46,452 bases of DNA from NCBI GenBank assembly GCA_000934665.2, contig JYFJ02003099.1, positions 1 to 46,452 on the forward strand, read 5' to 3'. Positions 39,201 to 45,101 of the stretch are shown here, one piece after another. Source of the stretch: Catajapyx aquilonaris. Its lineage: Eukaryota. The position numbers and the translations under genes are program-made. Position 1 is the stretch's first letter; each line of letters starts with the position of its first letter. The notes beneath the pieces are model-generated. The model saw only the letters and a program-made list of their open reading frames with translations. It was not told the DNA's origin and ran no database searches.

Positions 39201-41167
39201 ATTATAACAGTTTACCAAAAAAATATCAGGCAATCCTAATGGCCTCTTGAGGTTATGGCTAGAAAAGAGCCTGAATTTTTTTAAAATATCTATTATTGTC
39301 AACAAAGTTTTCAGTCGCACGCGCAGGTATACCTTCAGAAGTGCAACCAGCATTTAATGATCTGCATCACTGGCTGACAAAAATCTTATGTGTTTAATGT
39401 AACATTGCAGTACCATTTGGATTGTACCATCTTGTGCCAATGCTATTAATGCAGTAATATATTCTGCAAGTAGTCCTGGTTCCTCTACATTGATGCTGTG
39501 TGGGGAGGTGTGGTGGCCGAGATGGTAACATCTCGGCTGGCTGAGTGAAGGGTCCCAGGTTCGATCCCTTTCACCTGCGTTGGGAGGGTCTCTGACCTGC
39601 ACCTTGGAGGTGTCTGGCAACCTAACCTCCTGGGGGACTGCACATGGCCCAATTTGAGACATTGCACCTGCACCCATGTCCCCTACCTGAAAATCCCTAT
39701 CCTTACTTAATGTCCTTGACTCCTTGCACTGGAGATTGAAGGAAAAAGTTTACATATACTATAACATTGATGGTGGTGTGCCACCCCCCTAATGGAGCGT
39801 CAATTCTCCCAATGGGGTAAAATTTAATTTAATTTAAAAAATAGAAAAAAACATTGATGCTGTGGCTTACTGCAGGTCATGTTCATGAATGAGTCAACAG
39901 GAGAGTACCAATTCTACGAGATAGCTGTAAGAGTGGGCAAGGCAAATGCACTGGACACAATCAAGTTCAGTGTTCCTGTGCGCCAAAGTCAACGGCATGT
40001 CCTTGTGGTGGAGAACCCCATCCCCAATGCTGTCACCTTTGGAGCTACTTGTACAGCCCAAGATGTGCAAGTGCCCTCAACTTTTGTTGTTCAAGGCAAT
40101 AGCAAGGTTAGATTTATTTTCTCCCAATGTCACTTCATTCCAATATGTTAAATTTGACTGTAATTTTCATGCAGATTCGTTTGACATTGGAGTTCTTTCC
40201 ATTGAAACCTGGAGAAAACACAGGACGGTTGGAGTTGACATCAAATGAACTTGGAGTTTTTCCTTATGATATACAAACACAAGCCCTCCCTGCCCCATTG
40301 GAGTGTGCAGTGACCTTTGAGGCCCCTCTTGGAGGAACCTGCACAAAAAGTATTCGCATCTTCAATCATGGTAGGCAGAGGACCGAGTTTTCCTGCAAGG
40401 TAATTTACTGCTGCTGTTACAACTCTGGTGTTTCTTTCCTAATTATTTAGTGTCACTTTATGTATTTTATCATCACAGATAGTGGTAAACTCAGTGGACT
40501 TCACTGTGGACCGAAATGCCACTGCGCCACCAAACAGTGAAGCAACTGTGGAGGTCCTCTTTGATCCAGCCCAGTTGGGGGAGACAGATGGTATGTTAGT
40601 GTGCGCATCTGGGAATGGTGGGGAGTTCCGCTTCCCTCTGAAGGGTAAGGCAGTACCGCCCCAGCCACAGGGACCTGTTCTAGTGAAGCTCGGGCAACCT
40701 GCTATCATCACCTTCCGGAACCCCTTCGTTGACGTAAAGAAGTTCACCTTCCGGACAGACCCTGGATACAAAGTGTCAAAGAAGATGGAAGCTATTCGAG
40801 GGAGGAAGGTGAGCCATTATCTTGATTTGTGGTACAGTTATGGTAGCTTCTATGCTCACCACCCGGGGATCATGGAATTAATATTTAGTGAAGTATTCCG
40901 TACTTAGATGTGAACTATTTAACACAATGTTCCTTATTACTTAATTTTCATTAAATTATATGAAAATGTGATTTTTACTGATCATCCATGGTTGAGTCTA
41001 ACCAGCTACAATATTCCACACTTCAGGAATTCAAGTTGAATGTGGCCCTCGAACCCTCAGCCAGCAAACATCTTCTGGGAAAATTGGTTGTGGAACTCGA
41101 TTTACAGAAGGATGTACAGAAAGGCCCACATGTCAGCTGGGTGTACTACCTCAAGGGACAGATCTGA
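316..41167 (+). CDS. HYDIN: HYDIN axonemal central pair apparatus protein, 3' part (31 exons; 5' exons lie upstream of the window)
   Basis: Exons 316-442,543-656,1777-2055,5428-5627,7468-7576,10878-11020,12460-12613,12945-13081,13208-13334,15196-15366,17674-17928,20667-20903,21417-21507,22987-23480,25924-26090,27333-27537,28088-28377,28900-29115,29980-30287,31103-31262,31439-31862,34428-34588,34967-35165,36318-36578,36809-36978,37100-37381,38146-38611,39876-40106,40175-40399,40479-40808,41027-41167 (6874 nt) join in phase. They encode repeated ASH/PapD-like domains and motifs colinear with vertebrate HYDIN as I recall it (AEAYD..FPKG, PDWDD, LPYCHFD, LPDGTG, NWLxKPQRF, PPxPQGP, terminal WVYYLKG). 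Confidence 0.95.
543..656 (+). CDS. HYDIN: HYDIN exon 2
   Basis: cttttag acceptor, gtacag donor; PGEKQLLTVTAVPKIVG...CIAHNPKPEMFK. Confidence 0.88.
1159..1602. mobile_element. piggyBac-type MITE
   Basis: TTAA on both sides; about 33-bp TIR CCCTTTCGCTACCAGCTAGGCCGAAAACGCCTA. Confidence 0.85.
1777..2055 (+). CDS. HYDIN: HYDIN exon 3
   Basis: ttttag/gtgagt; MCVMGAKLEMDFDP...PVAWR...KILKLE. Confidence 0.92.
2818..3170 (+). mobile_element. tRNA-derived SINE (family D)
   Basis: A box TGGTCTGGTGG, B box GGTTCGAACCC, followed by a non-tRNA body; 3' end uncertain. Confidence 0.75.
3171..4310 (-). mobile_element. 5'-truncated LINE (ORF2 C-terminus plus 3' UTR), interrupted by a MITE
   Basis: ORF 3933-4292 has CGLCN...DDWYHTLYECP (CCHC motif of non-LTR ORF2 ends); minus-strand AATAAA and (GATT)n-like tail near 3175-3210. 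Confidence 0.7.
3287..3848. mobile_element. Palindromic Tc1/mariner-type MITE, copy 1
   Basis: TA-CAGGGTG...CACCCTG-TA; arms complementary over more than 200 bp. Confidence 0.9.
4937..4984. repeat. 18-bp tandem repeat (ATGCATAATTACATGCAT, about 2.7 copies)
   Basis: Read directly. Confidence 0.85.
5428..5627 (+). CDS. HYDIN: HYDIN exon 4
   Basis: ttccag/gtctgt; VCDVDG...AEAYDVAADFSFPKG...KNKGRYDIHY. Confidence 0.92.
5696..7287. mobile_element. Unclassified non-autonomous TIR element
   Basis: 22-bp TIR GATGGCCCAAG(TG/CA)AAAACCCTG; perfect internal 32-bp inverted repeat 5863-5894/7171-7202; internal direct repeats. Confidence 0.6.
7468..7576 (+). CDS. HYDIN: HYDIN exon 5
   Basis: tgcag/gtaagt; LTVEQ...FSVEPSQGVMSGTEKPANIN; phases match neighbours. 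Confidence 0.88.
7748..8085 (-). mobile_element. tRNA-derived SINE family A with (ATT)n tail
   Basis: tRNA-like head on minus strand; TSD ACAATTTTAGAA at 7736-7747 and 8086-8097; the (AAT)n run at about 7750-7812 is its tail. Confidence 0.85.
8399..8960. mobile_element. Palindromic Tc1/mariner-type MITE, copy 2
   Basis: TA-CAGGGTG...CACCCTG-TA; homologous to 3287-3848. Confidence 0.9.
9282..9817. mobile_element. Palindromic Tc1/mariner-type MITE, copy 3
   Basis: TA flanks; outer arms match copy 1, core differs and is fully palindromic. Confidence 0.88.
10878..11020 (+). CDS. HYDIN: HYDIN exon 6
   Basis: atttag/gttagg; VMFLSLCEIE...ILKCHI...IPIKISVRSSYT. Confidence 0.9.
11079..11240. mobile_element. 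162-bp hairpin MITE (Tc1/mariner-type)
   Basis: TA-CAGTGTTGGA...TCCAACACTG-TA; arms of about 63 bp. Confidence 0.85.
12460..12613 (+). CDS. HYDIN: HYDIN exon 7
   Basis: ttatag/gtatgg; YALLPLKDMNFG...TITLENNGEFDFRY...LQK. Confidence 0.9.
12945..13081 (+). CDS. HYDIN: HYDIN exon 8 (low-complexity variable linker)
   Basis: ttactag/gtaagt; open frame GTDGSNTH...ASSKRQHN; its phase 0/2 bridges exons 7 and 9; no recognisable homology. Confidence 0.78.
13208..13334 (+). CDS. HYDIN: HYDIN exon 9 (GC donor)
   Basis: aag acceptor; DVATRLMAPPFAVTPFHGTVSPGQVASILVDC...FEE; donor AG|GCAAGA. Confidence 0.85.
13450..13965 (-). mobile_element. SINE/LINE 3' tail remnant with (AAAT)n tail, split by a Harbinger MITE
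   Basis: 13498-13530 joined to 13943-13965 matches the tail of the SINE at 19982-20256. Confidence 0.6.
13531..13939. mobile_element. PIF/Harbinger-type MITE
   Basis: TTA TSD; 26-bp TIR GGCTGGGTTCACACTAG(A/G)CGTTTTTG. Confidence 0.88.
13996..14228 (-). mobile_element. tRNA-derived SINE family B
   Basis: Minus-strand head with TGGTGCTGCGG and GGTTCGAACCC; body matches 14501-14792. Confidence 0.8.
14501..14792 (+). mobile_element. SINE family B copy lacking the B-box region
   Basis: 14-bp TSD ATATGGATGGTTTT at 14487-14500 and 14793-14806; (TTG)n(TTA)n tail. Confidence 0.82.
15014..15072. repeat. (AAT)n microsatellite
   Basis: Read directly; a shorter run lies at about 2230-2261. Confidence 0.95.
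15196..15366 (+). CDS. HYDIN: HYDIN exon 10
   Basis: gccag/gtaaga; DLLINISDVDP...VFEEEHVC...NKN. Confidence 0.9.
16136..16497. mobile_element. Two abutting, oppositely oriented short Harbinger-type MITEs
   Basis: Termini GGTG(C/T)(A/G)TTTACATGTGAG; junction near 16297-16301; interiors are reverse complements; same family as 21700-21851. Confidence 0.72.
16550..16945 (-). pseudogene. Tc1/mariner-superfamily transposase 3' remnant with one TIR
   Basis: TA-CAGGGTG end; frameshifted PRSPDL...LKECVYKNKPPTIQDL...CLTEEGRHF*; contains an assembly gap. Confidence 0.75.
17674..17928 (+). CDS. HYDIN: HYDIN exon 11
   Basis: taccag/gtaaga; MPFSGVFSYDDNKFMF...VTFNPPGMQ. Confidence 0.92.
18009..19115. 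mobile_element. Mariner-type MITE (outer) hosting another element
   Basis: TA flanks; about 38-bp TIR TCGTCGGCATTAAGGAGAAAGGGCTAATAGACCATTTT. Confidence 0.75.
18085..18955 (-). mobile_element. Mariner-derived foldback with N-terminal transposase remnant
   Basis: CGAGGGCCAGTCAAAAC termini; arms of about 180 bp; minus-strand fragments YGEE..TAFRWYKSF and RLLTPDEQQ. Confidence 0.75.
19982..20256 (-). mobile_element. tRNA-derived SINE family A
   Basis: A/B boxes; TSD AGGGGTTCATC(A/T)TACT at 19966-19981 and 20257-20272; A-rich tail. Confidence 0.88.
20667..20903 (+). CDS. HYDIN: HYDIN exon 12
   Basis: atgcag/gtatga; MFAGTMELVVEGLP...GEGAVPRV...NVACQ. Confidence 0.92.
21417..21507 (+). CDS. HYDIN: HYDIN exon 13
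   Basis: ttgcag/gtatgt; VMMTPETSQSFLFTP...GVMY; phase 0/1 bridges exons 12 and 14. Confidence 0.82.
21630..22758. mobile_element. Degenerate mariner foldback made of two inverted transposase 3' ends
   Basis: TA flanks and TIR GGTAAT..GAAAGTAACTT; LHD.A, SDYHL, KWLARQRF, YDKCL remnants on + (about 22330-22640) with a decayed mirror on - (about 21890-22220). Confidence 0.75.
21700..21851. mobile_element. Short PIF/Harbinger-type MITE nested in the mariner foldback
   Basis: TAA TSD; 20-bp TIR AGGTGTGTTTACATGTGAGC. Confidence 0.85.
22987..23480 (+). CDS. HYDIN: HYDIN exon 14
   Basis: tttcag/gtgagc; DPMKPY...IDFGEC...YRFEW...SPCVGHI...TLTK. Confidence 0.92.
23631..23892 (-). mobile_element. tRNA-derived SINE family A
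   Basis: 14-bp TSD CTATTGGGGTTATT at 23617-23630 and 23893-23906. Confidence 0.88.
23960..24281 (+). mobile_element. tRNA-derived SINE family A
   Basis: A box TGGTGTAGTGG, B box GGTTCGAATCC; TSD TAACTGATCT(A/C)AGG; (TATGA)n(TAT)n tail. Confidence 0.9.
24540..25723. mobile_element. TA-flanked non-autonomous DNA transposon (pogo/Fot1-like termini)
   Basis: 24-bp TIR CC(G/A)TCAA(A/G)CGGGGTTAC(G/T)TAAGCC; internal GGGTAACTTAAGCC repeats; related fragments near 19193-19250 and 19612-19632. Confidence 0.78.
25013..25255. mobile_element. hAT-type MITE rich in CGAT repeats
   Basis: TAGGGCTGT termini; imperfect 8-bp TSD ATAGTTAC/GTAGTTGC. Confidence 0.8.
25924..26090 (+). CDS. HYDIN: HYDIN exon 15
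   Basis: cattag/gtaatg; VSLKC...APDWDDQMTIVRWV...KSP; absent from the ORF track. Confidence 0.88.
27333..27537 (+). CDS. HYDIN: HYDIN exon 16
   Basis: catag/gtatgt; EVPRIV...KPEP...FHDTLMFQ. Confidence 0.9.
28088..28377 (+). CDS. HYDIN: HYDIN exon 17
   Basis: ttacag/gtgaga; TRLHEFQLTNIG...PLSIEP...VKFSPLD. Confidence 0.92.
28900..29115 (+). CDS. HYDIN: HYDIN exon 18
   Basis: ttcaag/gtaaga; IKGEDSD...LPYCHFDVENSDYL...IML. Confidence 0.9.
29980..30287 (+). CDS. HYDIN: HYDIN exon 19
   Basis: aattag/gttagt; SFSVINPT...ESTWIFRIP...PFLVVG. Confidence 0.92.
30726..30889. mobile_element. Degenerate short Harbinger-type MITE
   Basis: CATTTACGTG...CTCACATGTAAA termini with TAA flanks; similar to the 16136 and 21700 copies. 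Confidence 0.6.
31103..31262 (+). CDS. HYDIN: HYDIN exon 20
   Basis: ctaag/gtgagt; MTRREEFELVNEEG...GAIPPQGSVTI. Confidence 0.88.
31439..31862 (+). CDS. HYDIN: HYDIN exon 21
   Basis: weak acaag acceptor chosen by phase; gtaaat donor; ...EMNFGVMCNV...TNKGK...VSMQ. Confidence 0.82.
31989..32892. mobile_element. Mariner-derived foldback: two inverted copies of the transposase 3' end
   Basis: TA flanks; arms of about 385 bp each encoding RDNA...DLEPSDYHL...KWLAK...YDIGIQN; spacer encodes YCETSQKLRMAIHKK. Confidence 0.9.
33152..33769. mobile_element. pogo/Tigger-like MITE
   Basis: TA-CAGTAAAACTTCTAT...ATAGAAGTTTTACTG-TA; repeated TTCGAGTTA(T)AG motifs. Confidence 0.85.
34428..34588 (+). CDS. 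HYDIN: HYDIN exon 22
   Basis: gccag/gtgagt; IFNGPTY...FSFSRLNFGHCF. Confidence 0.92.
34752..34922. mobile_element. hAT (Charlie-like) MITE
   Basis: Perfect 16-bp TIR CAGTGGTTCCCAACCT; perfect 8-bp TSD GTGTACAG. Confidence 0.92.
34967..35165 (+). CDS. HYDIN: HYDIN exon 23
   Basis: ttacag/gtaaga; LECSYVNT...VPIHFRP...GEGGELK. Confidence 0.92.
35808..36055. repeat. Inverted repeat, probably a decayed MITE
   Basis: 28-bp arms (35808-35835, 36028-36055) with one mismatch; termini and TSD not identified. Confidence 0.55.
36318..36578 (+). CDS. HYDIN: HYDIN exon 24
   Basis: ttttag/gtaagt; VSLLDQ...LGPVL...FSEQ. Confidence 0.92.
36809..36978 (+). CDS. HYDIN: HYDIN exon 25
   Basis: ttatag/gtcagt; VLFKTCG...IPFNTVV...NSGQVGT. 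Confidence 0.9.
37100..37381 (+). CDS. HYDIN: HYDIN exon 26
   Basis: tgatag/gtacag; YNWDV...FSVTPVSGY...VTGACV...IAN. Confidence 0.92.
38146..38611 (+). CDS. HYDIN: HYDIN exon 27
   Basis: ctttag/gtgaga; TNTQWVLYP...LPDGTG...NWLLKPQRF...MFK. Confidence 0.93.
39501..39850 (+). mobile_element. tRNA-derived SINE family C
   Basis: A box TGGCCGAGATGG, B box GGTTCGATCC; 14-bp TSD ACATTGATGCTGTG at 39487-39500 and 39851-39864; A-rich tail. Confidence 0.88.
39876..40106 (+). CDS. HYDIN: HYDIN exon 28
   Basis: ctgcag/gttaga; VMFMNESTGEY...PVRQ...ENPIP...NSK. Confidence 0.92.
40175..40399 (+). CDS. HYDIN: HYDIN exon 29
   Basis: atgcag/gtaatt; IRLTLEFFPLKPGE...RQRTEFSCK. Confidence 0.92.
40479..40808 (+). 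CDS. HYDIN: HYDIN exon 30
   Basis: tcacag/gtgagc; ...VEVLFDPAQLGE...GGEF...PPQPQGP...RGRK. Confidence 0.92.
41027..41167 (+). CDS. HYDIN: HYDIN terminal coding exon
   Basis: cttcag acceptor; EFKLNV...VSWVYYLKGQI then TGA. Confidence 0.92.
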   Translation, partial: EFKLNVALEPSASKHLLGKLVVELDLQKDVQKGPHVSWVYYLKGQI

Positions 41168-41243
41168 TGTTGAGCAAGTTTCAGTGGAAGAAGAACACTC
41201 ACAACTGCAATGAATAGAATGTTTGCCTCACATCAGAGCAATG

Positions 41244-41268
41244 TCTCTCTCTCTCTCTCTCTCTCTCT
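41244..41268. repeat. (CT)n microsatellite in the HYDIN 3' UTR
   Basis: Read directly. Confidence 0.9.
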
Positions 41269-41279
41269 TTTGCAGTCAG

Positions 41280-41297
41280 AATAAAAATATGAATAAA
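41280..41297 (+). terminator. Two candidate polyadenylation signals of HYDIN
   Basis: AATAAA at 41280-41285 and 41292-41297, about 115-130 nt after the stop and just before transposon DNA begins. Confidence 0.65.
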
Positions 41298-41322
41298 CCA
41301 TCTTGGCTAGTCGAAGTGTAGT

Positions 41323-41973
41323 CAGCACCAGATTTACTGCAAGGCAACATAGGCAGACTAGGGCGGCAGATTTCAAGCAGCGGAAAATTTAGGCATAGCC
41401 TACAAAAAAGTAAACAAAGAATAAATAAGAAATAATTTTATTACACGACTGGAAGCAGCGCCGGATTTACCACTTGGCAGAGTAGGCAATTGCCTAGGGG
41501 CGGCCGCGAGTTGCAATAGATATTTTTCAAATAGGCTACAATAATCTATATAATCTATATAAATAAAGCCTTTTGTGATCTATCTGTCTGTCCGTCCGCC
41601 TGGAACGCCAACCGTCATTTGCTTCCATCTGTGGTCCGCCTCTACACCTCCAACCTCTCCTTTCCTTCCTTTAATTAAGATTCTTAATTACATGTTGTTG
41701 TTTTTTCCTGTCCTTTTGAGCTTCCTTCCATTCATTTCTTCCAGAGCAACGCCGGGTATGGCAGCTAGTAGTAAATAAAGGCGAAATGCTTTAAAAAATT
41801 TAAATTTTCAAAGAGGGATTATATTCCCAGCACCGGATTTGCCACTAGGCAGAAAAGCGGGTGGCCATGAGTTTTAATAAAATGAAATGAAATGAAGAAG
41901 AGAACTCAAGAAAAAAATTGAATTTTTAAGCTTCATGCACAGGTGGCGGNGTGTGGAGGTAAATCTGGCACTG
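41323..41973. mobile_element. Degenerate hAT-like element(s) with repeated left ends
   Basis: CAGC(A/G)CC(A/G)GATTT near 41323, 41456 and 41828; inverted TAAATCTGGCACTG at 41960-41973. Confidence 0.5.
41545..41768 (+). mobile_element. Non-autonomous Helitron-like element
   Basis: A|TCTATATA start, TCTGTCTGTCCGTCCG microsatellite, GC-rich GCAACGCCGGG near the end and CTAG|T terminus; no TSD. Confidence 0.7.
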
Positions 41974-43064
41974 ACAAGGGAACATTAAGTGTTGTCAATG
42001 GAGTTGCTGAATGAAATGTGGCACAATAATATAGACAGGTAAGGTATTAAAACTAAATGGAAACCGTTTCTGCATAGCGCTACAAGGTCAAAAGTTATGC
42101 CTTCTCTATGTCAGCCCGGACAGCTTACCTTATGAGCGAAGTTTCAGATATCACACTTTAAAAAAACATACATTTTTATTACATCACTGGAAAGGGATAA
42201 TTACTCTGATTGCAAAGAGCTAAATTGCTACATCACAGCCATATTTGAAAACCGGAAATATTCAAAACAAGTTCAGTTATACTTTTTTATGTGACTCTGG
42301 GAACAAAAAATCCCCAGGCCACTGAAGATTTAAAAACCATCAATTAGCCTTTGACTGCAATTAGTCAATTTCCTTACGCCTCACGATTACGACTAAAACA
42401 TTTGTATATGCAATGGGCCAATGGCCTTCTACTGTTCTACCGAGCTGACAAAAATATACTAAAAAACAGTTTCTCTGCTTTCTCTCTCTTTATACTGTAC
42501 TGTACAGTACTACTACACACTGTCATATTATATATAAGATGTGCTCGTTGTATGGACATGTTTTGATTTGAACACATTGCCACAAAAAGTTGTAGATGTG
42601 TTAATGTACGATGCTTCACTTCATCTGCAAGTGGTTTATGTTTCTGGCTTATGCCAAATTAGGGAACTTGATCTTCTGAATTTTCCAAGAGTAGGCTATA
42701 AAGCTGGATTTGATGCTAATCGGGCACGTAATTTGAAAGGGAAAAAAATTTGTATAATTTTTTTTTCAAATTCAGAAGTGGCCTATTCTAATATGGCTGT
42801 GATCTAGCAATTTAGCTTGTATAATCAGAGTACTTATCCCTTTCCAGTGATGTAATAAAATGTCTGCTTTTTTTTTGAGGGGTATATTTGAAACTTCGCT
42901 CGTAAGGTAAGCTTCCAGTCTGACATTGAGAGGTCATAACCTTTGACCTTGTAGCGCTAGACAGAAATGGTTTGCATTTGGTATAATCACTTACTGTACC
43001 TGCTTTTATTATTGTGCCAAGTTTTATTCAGCAACTCCATTGACAACACTTACTGTTCCCTTGT
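41974..43064. mobile_element. Long-TIR foldback element, superfamily unknown
   Basis: About 275-bp imperfect arms starting ACAAGGGAACA(T/G)TAAGTGTTGTCAATGGAG. Confidence 0.8.
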
Positions 43065-43074
43065 GGGTGTAGTG

Positions 43075-43420
43075 CAGGCCCGTAGCGAGGCTTCAATGGG
43101 CCCCTAGGCAGTTTCACTCGGGGGCCTCTCTCCCATTCCACGCCCTCCTGCCTCAAACTCTTCTCCAATCCACTAAAAAAAGTGACACTACGAAAAGCAA
43201 ATTTTCAAGCACCAGTGGGTTTTATTTCTTTCGATCTACATGAGGGTAAACTTTCTTGCCTTTGGTCACTGCAAATGATTGCATTGCCCCTTGAAGTTTT
43301 TTTGTTTTTCTTTTGGCAAGTTCATGTTCAATGGATAGCACAGCCAAATTAGACAAGCAATCGTGGGTCATGGTGGATCTCGGATACGTTTTGATCACAC
43401 TAGTTTGCTGAACGATCTCT
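43075..43420 (-). pseudogene. hAT transposase C-terminal (dimerization domain) remnant with one terminus
   Basis: IKTYPRSTMTHDCLSNLAVLSIEHELAK resembles the hATC consensus IKTYLRSTMxQxRLxxLAxLSIE; CAGGCCCGTAGC terminus. Confidence 0.75.
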
Positions 43421-43589
43421 CTATGTATTATAATATATATGTATACTAGCGGAGGAAGTCCAGGTGGGTTGGGCGAGGTTGAAGGACGACTGGTTTTCGT
43501 AAGTGGTGGTGGAAGTTGTTGATCGCCAACAGTCTGGTCCCACACTATCATATGCTGTGTTGGTGTTGTGAGTATAACCTACGTTTGTT

Positions 43590-44113
43590 TATTCATCGCG
43601 CTAGTGGCTGAGTGCATTGGGTTGGTCGCTCGGAGTTGTGGTCCAGCATCTGCAGGCTGCAGCTCTCTCTTCCCTTCGGCCCTCGTCCGCTGCCCTTGAT
43701 CCGCATCCTCCTCTACTGCCGTCCGCTTGAGCTGACCTCGCCTCCTCCACCCGCCAGTTCATTGCCGCCAGCTGGAGCCTCCTTCATCCGTCCGCCCGCC
43801 CATCCCAGTTTTTTTTCTCCCTCCCACCCTTTCCAGCGAGGCATCGGCTGAGCTCACGGCCGCAGCTCGCGCACATCCGCCTCTCCGTCCTTCCCGCTGC
43901 CTCCCTTCCAACTCCGAGACCAGACCAGTCACTCAGTCAGTCGGTAGCTGGTTGGACTGATCGGTGCCCACTCCCACGTTCCCGCGACACATCTCACAGC
44001 GGACGTCAGCCACCCTTCAACCCTTGCCTGCCTGACAACCACCAGCCAGCCGTCACAACCCGCCCTCCGCCTCGGCATATTCCTTCGGAGACCACGGTTC
44101 GAACTGGAAGACG
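43590..44113 (+). promoter_or_regulatory. CpG/GC-rich promoter and 5' UTR of the cyclophilin gene
   Basis: Abrupt rise in GC and CpG; overlapping TCAGTC Inr-like motifs at 43933-43942; no ATG between them and 44114. Confidence 0.55.
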
Positions 44114-44161
44114 ATGTGGTTCGTCGCTGCTGCAGTTCTTCTTGGCCTCGCCCAGGCACAG
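44114..44161 (+). CDS. PPIB: Cyclophilin B/C-like PPIase, first coding exon (signal peptide)
   Basis: MWFVAAAVLLGLAQAQ hydrophobic signal-peptide-like sequence; CAG|gtcagt phase-0 donor matches the next exon. Confidence 0.8.
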
Positions 44162-44876
44162 GTCAGTCACTCGTCTGGAGGAATGCTCCACATCACGCTC
44201 CACATAGAGAGCAAGTAGGATCAACTCCAGCACATCACTGCATCGATGATCATTGCAGCGTATTATCACACTTACAGAGCTTACCGGTACCGCACGTGGT
44301 TACTTGCAAGTTGCAACTATTTATAGAGCTTGAATGTCAGGTGGGGTAACACTTGTGGCCTCACAATGCTCGGAAATTTTTGATGCAAGTTTTGGACTAG
44401 GGTGGGACTCGTTCATATGCATCACAGGCTCCATTGTGCGGGAATCAGCGGGTCAATGACCTTCAGCTGCAATTTGCCGAATCAAACCAGTTGTGGGTAA
44501 ATGCAAAAGAATTTGTGGACTGAGAACTGTCAGAAAGTATTGGGCAAAATGAGGTGACCTAGGCACTGATGCATTACCGTAACACAACAGTAGATCTAAG
44601 TTGCCTTTTTTACTTGTGACCATCGTAATAAGGCAATCTACACATTGAACTTTTCAGTAATGCATCAATTGGCTTTGGAAATAATTGATGGCATTAAAAC
44701 ATTATTCATAGTATACAACTATAGATTACTCCTGCCGTTGAGTGTCACCTGCAGCACTTCCACGATAGAGGATGTTTCTTTTTTCCCCCTGATGTGCAGA
44801 AAACCTCCTTTCACTATTTTGTTGCAGAAATACTTGCCTGAGAAGTAGGTAATCATTCTTCTTACCCCACATCCAG

Positions 44877-45081
44877 GGTGCCAGTGTGAAAGTGACTCAG
44901 AAAGTGGTATTTGACATTGACGTTGATGGACAAGATATAGGAAAGGTAACCATCGGACTGTTTGGGGATGTGGTGCCCAAGACGGTGGAAAACTTTGCTA
45001 CCCTCTGCAACCCGGGGGTCAATGGAAAGAGTTACGGTGGCAGTCGCTTCCATCGAGTTATCAAGAAATTCATGATCCAAG
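44877..45081 (+). CDS. PPIB: Cyclophilin B/C-like peptidyl-prolyl cis-trans isomerase, exon 2 (gene continues beyond the window)
   Basis: atccag/gtaggt; [10 protein letters not shown]...[15 protein letters not shown]...[14 protein letters not shown] cyclophilin signature; PPIB versus PPIC-like assignment is tentative. Confidence 0.92.
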
Positions 45082-45101
45082 GTAGGTCTCAAAGTCACAT
45101 A

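Noticed and set aside
2818..39580. tRNA-like A/B-box sequences as tRNA genes
   Set aside because: Each continues into a non-tRNA body, most with tail and TSD, so they are SINE heads.
316..41167. HYDIN as a pseudogene given the heavy transposon load
   Set aside because: All exons are open and phase-compatible through to a conserved C-terminus.
43612..44349. Several GC-rich ORFs on both strands
   Set aside because: Expected in stop-poor promoter DNA; only the 44114-44161 exon has splice and protein support.
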